Assembly (NCBI GenBank): GCA_024643255.1
Contig: JAHENF010000004.1
Location: 49,748-113,747, forward strand
Source: Ilumatobacteraceae bacterium
Lineage (GTDB): Bacteria > Actinomycetota > Acidimicrobiia > Acidimicrobiales > Ilumatobacteraceae
DNA: 64,000 nucleotides
Reading direction: 5' to 3'
Positions 8,287-15,239 of this stretch are shown here, in pieces. The notes below the pieces were generated by a model. It did not search any database and had not been told where the DNA came from. It saw only the letters and a program-made list of their open reading frames with translations. Position 1 is the first letter of the stretch. The number at the start of each line of letters is the position of its first letter. Made by a program: the position numbers and the translations under genes.

Positions 8287-9672
8287 ATGTCGATCGATCG
8301 AGAAATCGGAACCGGCCACACAGACCGCGGCGGTCACGCCACGGGGCGCAGTGGGCGCGTTCCTCCCCACAACCTGCAGGCCGAGGAGTCCGTCCTCGGC
8401 GCGCTGCTGTTGTCGCGTGACGCGATCGGCGTCGTCGGCGAAGCCGGCCTCAACGTTCGCGACTTCTACAGCCCGGCGCACCAGCACATCTTCGACTCGG
8501 TCCGGTCGTTGTATTCGTCGTCAGGGCCTGTCGACGTCGTCACGGTTGCCGACGAATTGCGCCGCCACGGACTGCTCGACGAGATCGGTGGGATCGAGCG
8601 ACTGAACGATCTGCAGAACGCCACCCCGTCGGTGTCGGGCGCCGAACACTATGCGCGCATCGTGATGGACACGGCGCTGCTGCGGCGCCTGATCCACACC
8701 GCCGGCGAGATCACCGATCTGGCGTTCAGTGAGCCCGACGACGTCACCAAGGCCGTCGATCTGGCCGAGTCGAAGATGTTCGAGGTCGCCGAGGACCGCG
8801 TCGTCGATTCGACGCGTCAGATCCAGGAACTGCTCAACGAGACGATGGACCAGTTGGAGGAGAACTACGAACGCGGCGACACCATCACCGGCGCAGCGAC
8901 CGGGTACGACGACCTCGACGAACTCCTGTCCGGCCTCCAACCCAGCACGCTGAACATCGTCGGTGCACGCCCCGCCATGGGTAAGACCGCCTTCGGTCTG
9001 GGCATGGCGACACACATCGCGAAGCATTCGGGCCGACCGGTGCTCGTGTTCTCACTCGAAATGGGCCACTCGGAGCTGACGCAGCGCATCTTGGCGTCGG
9101 AGGCCAAGGTCGACTCCACCAAGCTGCGTACCGGAAAGCTGAGCGAGGCCGACTGGTCGAAGATCGGGCTCGCGGTCGGCCGTCTCGAAGTGCCGTTGTT
9201 CCTCGACGACAACCCGCAGGTGACCGTGATGGAGATCCGCGCGAAGGCCCGGCGCATCAAGGCGCAACACGGCGGGTTGGCGTTGATCATGATCGACTAC
9301 CTGCAGCTGATGAGCGGTAGTGGCCGATCCGAGAACCGTCAGCTCGAGGTCAGCGAGATCAGCCGAAACCTCAAGGTGCTCGCGCGCGAACTCGAGGTGC
9401 CGATCGTGGCGCTCAGCCAGTTGAGCCGAAACCTGGAGGCCCGTTCCGACAAACGTCCGATGCTCGCCGACCTGCGTGAATCGGGCTCGCTCGAACAGGA
9501 CGCCGACGTCGTGATGTTCCTGTATCGCGACGAGGTGTACAACCCCGAATCACCCGACAAGGGCTCGGCCGAGGTGATCGTGTCGAAGCACCGCTCGGGC
9601 CCGATCGGTACCAAGCGGCTCGTCTTCCTCGGCCAGTACACGAGATTCGACAACGCCGCCCGCTCGATGTGA
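8287..9672 (+). CDS. dnaB: replicative DNA helicase DnaB
   Basis: PHNLQAEESVLGALLLS, Walker A GARPAMGKTAF, Walker B LIMIDYLQLM, SQLSRNLE. Normal length, so no intein. ATG 8287 preferred to TTG 8170, which lies inside the DnaA-box cluster. Confidence 0.9.
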   Translation: MSIDREIGTGHTDRGGHATGRSGRVPPHNLQAEESVLGALLLSRDAIGVVGEAGLNVRDFYSPAHQHIFDSVRSLYSSSGPVDVVTVADELRRHGLLDEIGGIERLNDLQNATPSVSGAEHYARIVMDTALLRRLIHTAGEITDLAFSEPDDVTKAVDLAESKMFEVAEDRVVDSTRQIQELLNETMDQLEENYERGDTITGAATGYDDLDELLSGLQPSTLNIVGARPAMGKTAFGLGMATHIAKHSGRPVLVFSLEMGHSELTQRILASEAKVDSTKLRTGKLSEADWSKIGLAVGRLEVPLFLDDNPQVTVMEIRAKARRIKAQHGGLALIMIDYLQLMSGSGRSENRQLEVSEISRNLKVLARELEVPIVALSQLSRNLEARSDKRPMLADLRESGSLEQDADVVMFLYRDEVYNPESPDKGSAEVIVSKHRSGPIGTKRLVFLGQYTRFDNAARSM

Positions 9673-9697
9673 CTCGCGATTGGTGACTCGCGATTGG
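9670..9697 (+). repeat. 14-bp tandem duplication TGACTCGCGATTGG x2 starting at the dnaB stop
   Basis: Perfect copies at 9670-9683 and 9684-9697. The second copy forms the left arm of the following hairpin. Confidence 0.9.
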
Positions 9698-9715
9698 GGT
9701 CAGACCCCAATCGCG
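9689..9715. terminator. 11-bp perfect hairpin between convergent dnaB and the transglycosylase gene
   Basis: CGCGATTGGGG (9689-9699), loop TCAGA, CCCCAATCGCG (9705-9715). No U-tract. Confidence 0.5.
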
Positions 9716-9755
9716 CAGACCGGGCTGCGAGGATTCACCGTCGGGCGCCAGCGGG

Positions 9756-10754
9756 TCAGAGCGCGTCGGGGTGGGTGCGGACGTATTCGGCGGCATCGAC
9801 CGGCGTCGTCGAGGTGTAGCCGAAGGGCAGGTGCACGGTGCCGACGGTGCTGGCGACGTAGACCTCCCACGCGTGGTAGCCGCGGTAGGCGAGCGGATCG
9901 GCCATCAGGTTGGACGCATACGCAGTGACCGCACCGACGTAGCCCTCGTTGGGGTTGTAGCCGAACAGCGCAGCGTGCATGTCGCCTGGCGCGCCTTCGC
10001 TGACGAGGTACGTGGCCGCGCCCAGGATCGCGTCGTGCGGGTCCTCGATGTCGCCGACGCAGCAGGTGGCCCACGTGGCGGGCAGGAATTGCATCGGCCC
10101 GCGCGCTCCGGCCGACGACTCGCCGCCGATCCGTCCCATGCGCGTCTCGACGAAATTGATCGCCGCCAGGTACTCCCACGGCACACCTGTCGCCGCTTGC
10201 GCTTCGCGGTAGTCGGCGAGCAGTTCGTCGATCGGCCGCGGTTCGAGAATCGTCCAGGCCGGCAACGTCGACGATGGCTCGCTCGGCGGAGCACCGGCGG
10301 CGTGGTCGACCACGGCCTGGCGGGCAGCGACGTTGAACCCGAACGCGGTGGCGACGTCCGCCGGGATCGATGACGCGACGGCGTCCTGCAGGTCGCTGTG
10401 ACGGGCGAGCAGTTGATATGCCCGTTGCTGGCGACGACCGAGTTCGGCGACGGATTCGACAGACCGTGAGGTGTCGCGGATCCCGCGCTCGGCCGCCGTG
10501 ATCTCGGCAGCGATCGATGCGGCGGTCACCGGTGACGGCGCGGTCGTCGATGGCGCGGTGGTCGACAGTGCGGGACTCGTCGTCTCGACGGCGGACGTCG
10601 GTGACGCCGAGGTCGCGGTATCGGTGGTGGAGGTCGCAGTATCGGAGGTCGAGGGGAGACGTGCGGCGTCAGCAGGACCGGTGCCGCCGTCGGAGCAGCC
10701 AGCGATCAGCAGTGCCGCGCCGACGACACCCGAGAGCACAGCGCTGCGACCCAC
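9756..10754 (-). CDS. lipoprotein, lytic transglycosylase-like
   Basis: Lipobox LLIAGCSDGG. GARGPMQFLPATW and FGYNPNEGY motifs of SLT/MltB-like enzymes. Ser/Thr/Ala-rich linker. Confidence 0.7.
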   Translation of the reverse strand: MGRSAVLSGVVGAALLIAGCSDGGTGPADAARLPSTSDTATSTTDTATSASPTSAVETTSPALSTTAPSTTAPSPVTAASIAAEITAAERGIRDTSRSVESVAELGRRQQRAYQLLARHSDLQDAVASSIPADVATAFGFNVAARQAVVDHAAGAPPSEPSSTLPAWTILEPRPIDELLADYREAQAATGVPWEYLAAINFVETRMGRIGGESSAGARGPMQFLPATWATCCVGDIEDPHDAILGAATYLVSEGAPGDMHAALFGYNPNEGYVGAVTAYASNLMADPLAYRGYHAWEVYVASTVGTVHLPFGYTSTTPVDAAEYVRTHPDAL

Positions 10755-10820
10755 CCGCCGATGGTACGCAACCCGATTCCGCCATCACGCGCGGGCCGTT
10801 CGCGCGCTCGTTGCGGACGC

Positions 10821-11837
10821 TCACCAGTGGCGCAGGTCGATCGGCCAGCGATCGTGTACGCGGTCGCCGTCGACCATCCAGAATTGCTCGTGGCGGGCAA
10901 CGGTGGGGTCGACGTGCGACGGCCAGATGCGCACGCGATCGCCGACCTTCCAGTCGCTGAGCTCACGGGGCAACAACGTGATGTGTTCGTCGGAACAGAA
11001 GAAGACGTCACCCTCGTCCCATGACGGGTTGCCATGATCCATGCCGAACGCCTTGAGGCCGGCATCGGCGATGATCCAACCCTTCGAGCTGATCGACACG
11101 ACGGTGGCAAGCACCGACAGTGCCTTCTCGAACGGCGACTCGAGTTCGTCGTACTGGGTGTCCATCAGCATGTAGGAGCCGGCTTGGATCTCGGTGCACC
11201 ACGTGTTGAGATCGAACGTGCCGGTCCCACCGCCCGACACGACGTCGCCGCCGACCATCTCGTGCGCCTGCAGGAGGACCGCCATCGCCGCCTCCACCTT
11301 CTCGCGCTTGGTGTCACGGTCGTGGATCATCATGAGGTGACCCTCGTACCCCATCACCCCGCGAACGTCGATCCCCGCAGCCCGAGCGCGCTCCGCGAGG
11401 CGCCCGGCATCGGTGACGTCGCACCCGCATCGCGGCAGGCCGACATCGACGTCGACGAGCACCGAACGGACGCCTCCACGAACGGCGGCGTCGAGTGTCT
11501 CGTCGGAGTCGATCGCCACGGTGATGTTCGCCCGATCGGCGAGCGCCCCGAGGCGCGCGGCGTCGAGTGTCTCGTTGGCGAGGAGGAGGTCGTCGGTGAG
11601 TCCAGCGGCGACGAGACCCTCGATCTCGCGCGGGGTCGCCGCACAGAAGCTGTGGTGTCCGTCGGCGGCGAGGCGCTTGGCCATCTCGGTCGACTTGAAG
11701 GCCTTGACGTGCGGTCGTAGCCGGGCACCTGGGAGCAGTGCGTCCATCGCGGCGAGGTTCCGGTCGAATGCCGCGACGTCGACGAGCAGCGCGGGCGTCG
11801 TCAGGTCGTGGGTCGTCGAGGGTGTCTGCGAGGTCAC
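10821..11837 (-). CDS. PLP-dependent alanine-racemase-fold enzyme (D-threonine aldolase/D-serine dehydratase-like)
   Basis: TPALLVD..RLRPHVKAFKS (PLP-lysine context), about 338 aa, C-terminal WPSHVDPT region. Confidence 0.65.
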   Translation of the reverse strand: MTSQTPSTTHDLTTPALLVDVAAFDRNLAAMDALLPGARLRPHVKAFKSTEMAKRLAADGHHSFCAATPREIEGLVAAGLTDDLLLANETLDAARLGALADRANITVAIDSDETLDAAVRGGVRSVLVDVDVGLPRCGCDVTDAGRLAERARAAGIDVRGVMGYEGHLMMIHDRDTKREKVEAAMAVLLQAHEMVGGDVVSGGGTGTFDLNTWCTEIQAGSYMLMDTQYDELESPFEKALSVLATVVSISSKGWIIADAGLKAFGMDHGNPSWDEGDVFFCSDEHITLLPRELSDWKVGDRVRIWPSHVDPTVARHEQFWMVDGDRVHDRWPIDLRHW

Positions 11838-11878
11838 CGCCCCATCTTGGTCGATGCTCTCGGCACTACCGTGGCCTC

Positions 11879-13123
11879 GTGCTCGATCTCGACTTCGTTC
11901 GCTCCAACTTCCCCGCCTTCTCGCGTCCCATCAACGACGGGCAATCGTTCTTCGAGAACGCGGGCGGCTCGTTTGCATGCCGGCAGACGATCGACGCGAT
12001 GACCGGCTACTACACCGATCTGAAGGTGCAGCCCTACAGCGAGTTCGAGTCGTCGGCGCGTGCCGGCGCCTCGATGGATCGGTCGCGGGTCCGTTGGGCC
12101 GAGGCGCTCGGGGTGGAGCCCCGCGAGGTCGTGTTCGGCCCGTCGACGTCGGCGAACACCTATGTACTCGCACATGCCTTCGCCGAGATCTTGGAGCCTG
12201 GCAACGACGTGATCGTCACCAACCAGGACCACGAGGCCAACACCGGCGCCATTCGGCGTGCGGCCGACCGGGTCGGATGCACGATCCGTGAGTGGCGGAC
12301 CGATCCCGAGACCGGCCTGCTCGACATCTCGGTGTTCGAGTCGATGTTGAGCGAGCGAACCGGGCTCGTGACGGTTCCGCACGCCTCGAACATCGTCGGC
12401 AAGGAGAACGACGTGACGAGCATCACGGCGCTCGCTCACCGGGTCGGTGCGCGAGTGATCGTCGACGGGGTCTCGTTCGCGCCGCACACTCTGCCCGACG
12501 TCGCCGCGCTCGGCGCCGACGTCTACCTGTTCAGTCTCTACAAGACGTACTCGGTCCATCAGGGTCTGATGGTCGTGCGCGCCGGCCTGATGGCGGAACT
12601 GCCGAATCAGAGCCACTACTTCAACGACAGCGTGGCCGACAAGCGGTTGAACCCTGCTGGTCCCGATCACGCACAGGTCGCATCGGCAGGGGCCGTGCTC
12701 GACTACGTCGAGGCCCTGCACCGTCATCATGGTGGCGCGGAAGGCGACGGTCTGCGAGCGGCGACGAGTGCGGTGTCGGCCCTGTGGCGCGAACACGAGG
12801 ACTCGTTGACACCGATGCTGCTCGAGGCGCTCGCCGGGCGTGACGACGTTCGTCTGATCGGGCCGCGGATGCTGGACGCGACGACAGGTCACCGGTGTCC
12901 GACGGTTGCGTTCAGCCCGCTCGCGAACGAGCCGGAGGACGTGGCGCACGGGCTCGTCGAGCGTGGCGTGCAGACCAGCTCGGGTCACTACTACGCGGCG
13001 CGGGTGCTCGACGGCGTCGGTATCGACCCCGATCGCGGGGTCGTGCGGCTCTCGTTCGTGCACTACACGTCGCGCGCCGATGTCGAACGGGCGGTCGCCG
13101 CCCTCGACGACGTCCTCGGCTGA
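11879..13123 (+). CDS. class V aminotransferase / cysteine desulfurase-like PLP enzyme
   Basis: GTG 11879, 41 nt from the divergent neighbour. NQDHEAN, HASNIVG, lysine context FSLYKTYSVHQG. The listed start 11738 would overlap the divergent gene. Confidence 0.7.
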   Translation: MLDLDFVRSNFPAFSRPINDGQSFFENAGGSFACRQTIDAMTGYYTDLKVQPYSEFESSARAGASMDRSRVRWAEALGVEPREVVFGPSTSANTYVLAHAFAEILEPGNDVIVTNQDHEANTGAIRRAADRVGCTIREWRTDPETGLLDISVFESMLSERTGLVTVPHASNIVGKENDVTSITALAHRVGARVIVDGVSFAPHTLPDVAALGADVYLFSLYKTYSVHQGLMVVRAGLMAELPNQSHYFNDSVADKRLNPAGPDHAQVASAGAVLDYVEALHRHHGGAEGDGLRAATSAVSALWREHEDSLTPMLLEALAGRDDVRLIGPRMLDATTGHRCPTVAFSPLANEPEDVAHGLVERGVQTSSGHYYAARVLDGVGIDPDRGVVRLSFVHYTSRADVERAVAALDDVLG

Positions 13124-13212
13124 TCATCCGCTCTGGACGGGTGGCCGTCGGGGGCCAGTCGAACCAGGGTTTGGGACCAAAGACCCTGCTGCGTCGATCT
13201 GATCGCGCAGAT

Positions 13213-13231
13213 ATTGGAACAACGTTCCAAT
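13213..13231. promoter_or_regulatory. 8-3-8 perfect palindrome ATTGGAAC-AAC-GTTCCAAT, candidate operator
   Basis: Read directly. AT-rich relative to its surroundings. Ends 18 nt upstream of ATG 13250. Confidence 0.5.
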
Positions 13232-13249
13232 CAGAAAGCAGGTCCGAAG

Positions 13250-14119
13250 ATGACGCAGTTCCTCGCGCAGTACTCGATCCAACGGTGGATGGAGATGTGT
13301 CCTCAGGGGTATCTCGAGGACACCGTGTACGGGCATGAGCCGAACGAGCACGAACCTGCGGTGATCCTCGACGACGACGACGAACGCGAAGCGGCGATTC
13401 GCACGACCGTCGGCCTCGTGGTGGGGGAGCGTTGTGCGCTCGCCGCGTCGTCGGGCCTGATCAACGCCGCTCCGGACTACCCGAGCAAGCGATTCCTGGC
13501 GACCCAGACGCTCGACGAGGCACGCCACGTCGAGGTCTTCACGCAACGGCTGTTCGACCTGGGCGTGACCGCCGACAACCTGGAGTCGACCATCGACCGC
13601 TATGCCAACCCGAATCTCGTGAAGTTCGCCGAGGTCCTCCTGGAGAAGGTGGCGGCCGGCGACTTCCTCGCCGGCGTGGTCGGACAGAACATCGTGCTGG
13701 AGGGTCTGGCGTTCAGCGTCTTCGAGATGCTCGAAGCGGGCAACCGCGAGTTCAACCCGAAGTTCGCCCACACGTTGTCGGGCACGATCGCCGACGAACG
13801 GCGCCACGTCGGTTTCGGCGAGAATCGCATCGGCTCGCTGATCGCCCAGCATCCGGAGAAGAAGGCCGAGATCGAGCGCATGCAACAGGAGATGACCTAT
13901 TACATGCTCGCCGTGTTCGCCGATTCCTTCCGCGGCGACGACAACAAGCCGAAGTCGGCTCCGGAGCCGACCGCCAGCGCCGAGTGGCACGGCACCAACC
14001 TCTCGACGGCCAGTCCCGAGGAGATGGAGGCCGTCCTCGCGAACACGGTGCTCGGCGAGTTCAAGACACGTCTCGCCCGCGTCGGCATCGAGTACCAGAC
14101 ACCACGCGTCCCGGCGTGA
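13250..14119 (+). CDS. ferritin-like diiron-carboxylate protein, paralog 1
   Basis: Full E/ExxH/E/ExxH set: GERCAL, DEARH (13514-13528), VLEGLA, DERRH (13793-13807). ATG 13250 preferred to TTG 13214, which sits inside the palindrome. Confidence 0.7.
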   Translation: MTQFLAQYSIQRWMEMCPQGYLEDTVYGHEPNEHEPAVILDDDDEREAAIRTTVGLVVGERCALAASSGLINAAPDYPSKRFLATQTLDEARHVEVFTQRLFDLGVTADNLESTIDRYANPNLVKFAEVLLEKVAAGDFLAGVVGQNIVLEGLAFSVFEMLEAGNREFNPKFAHTLSGTIADERRHVGFGENRIGSLIAQHPEKKAEIERMQQEMTYYMLAVFADSFRGDDNKPKSAPEPTASAEWHGTNLSTASPEEMEAVLANTVLGEFKTRLARVGIEYQTPRVPA

Positions 14120-14895
14120 GCGTCGTCGACGAGTTCGATCCCCACGCGCTCGCCGAGCAGGATTTCCTCGACGAAGTCCATTCGTTCCAATTCTGGTTCG
14201 ACTCCGTCGAGGGGTATCTCTCCGATCGTCCGTACGGCCGACTGGAGACCACGGTCGACGAGCCGATCGACGATGCCCGGCGCGAACGGCTGATCACCAC
14301 GCTGTGCAACTACTCCGTCGGCGAGACGGCGGCACTCGAAGGTGCCGCCGGCCTCGTGCAGTTGGCCCCTGACCGGAACTCGAAGATCTTCATGGCGACC
14401 CAGGTCGCCGACGAGGCGCGCCACCTCGAGGTCTTCCTGCACCGTCTGCGCGAACTCGGTGTCGCCGATCCGGAAGCGGAAATCGAGCGTCGGGCCCAAC
14501 CGGCCCTCGTCGATTTCAAAGGCGCTCTGCTCGATCTCGTCGCCGAGGGCGATTGGCAGGCCGCGGTCTTCGCGCAGAACGTCGTGCTCGAGACGATGGA
14601 GTACACCGTGTTCCGTCTCCACGCCGCCAACGCCGATCCGGTGACGCGCGACGTGCTGGCAGGAGTGATCTCCGACGAGCGCCGCCACGCCGGCTTCGGC
14701 GAGAACGATCTGGGCCGCAGCCTCGCCGCCGATCCGTCGGGGCGGGCGCGACTCCGCGAGATCCGGACCGGTCTCGATGCGATGGTCGTCGGGGTGTTCG
14801 AGGCGGCCCTCGCCGACATCGGCGCGCCCGCCGGAGAGCGTTCGCAGCTCGCGCACGAGTATCTCGACACGATCGAGCGGTTGGGACTCACCTGA
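14116..14895 (+). CDS. ferritin-like diiron-carboxylate protein, paralog 2
   Basis: GTG 14116 overlaps the upstream TGA (GTGA). GETAAL, DEARH (14410-14424), VLETME, SDERRH (14671-14688). The listed 487-aa ORF is an out-of-context 5' extension. Confidence 0.7.
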   Translation: MSVVDEFDPHALAEQDFLDEVHSFQFWFDSVEGYLSDRPYGRLETTVDEPIDDARRERLITTLCNYSVGETAALEGAAGLVQLAPDRNSKIFMATQVADEARHLEVFLHRLRELGVADPEAEIERRAQPALVDFKGALLDLVAEGDWQAAVFAQNVVLETMEYTVFRLHAANADPVTRDVLAGVISDERRHAGFGENDLGRSLAADPSGRARLREIRTGLDAMVVGVFEAALADIGAPAGERSQLAHEYLDTIERLGLT

Positions 14896-15194
14896 TGACC
14901 GACATCGACGTCTCCGCCCCTGGCATCGGGGCGGATCCCTCGCGCCGGCGATACGAACTCGAGGAGACCGGATTCAAGGAGGTGCCGAAGAAGTGGCGGA
15001 AGTTCTACCGGCACTGGGGTGGTCCGCTGGACACCCTGGCACCGAACGAGGTGATCTGCCCGGTCTGCAAGGTGGTGATCCGCGCCACGAGGGAACTCCG
15101 GCCGGGCGACAAGGTGTACTGCATGCCGTGCATGTCGCGCATGGTGGTCGTCGTCGCCGAGAGTGGGCGCCTGGAGGCCGAGGTGATCTTCTGA
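14895..15194 (+). CDS. small Cys4 zinc-ribbon/rubredoxin-like protein
   Basis: ATG shares one nt with the upstream TGA (TGATG). CPVC (Cys55, Cys58), 17 residues, then CMPC (Cys76, Cys79). 99 aa. Confidence 0.65.
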   Translation: MTDIDVSAPGIGADPSRRRYELEETGFKEVPKKWRKFYRHWGGPLDTLAPNEVICPVCKVVIRATRELRPGDKVYCMPCMSRMVVVVAESGRLEAEVIF

Positions 15195-15239
15195 CCCGGC
15201 ACTGAGTTGCATGGAGACGATCACGCCGGAGGGGAGCCG

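Noticed and set aside
8287-9672. Intein in DnaB, as is common in some actinobacteria and cyanobacteria
   Set aside because: The protein is 461 aa with contiguous Walker A/B and downstream helicase motifs. There is no insertion of intein size.
13213-13231. LexA SOS box (GAAC-N4-GTTC type)
   Set aside because: The half-sites GAAC and GTTC are present, but the spacer is 3 nt rather than 4, and the flanks (ATTG/CAAT) differ from the TCGAAC consensus.
13432-14115. 5' extension of the listed 487-aa ORF 13432-14895, and TTG 13214 start for paralog 1
   Set aside because: The extension is an Arg/Pro-rich alternative frame of paralog 1. GTG 14116 gives a GTGA overlap and a sequence alignable with paralog 1. 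TTG 13214 lies inside the palindrome, with no SD.
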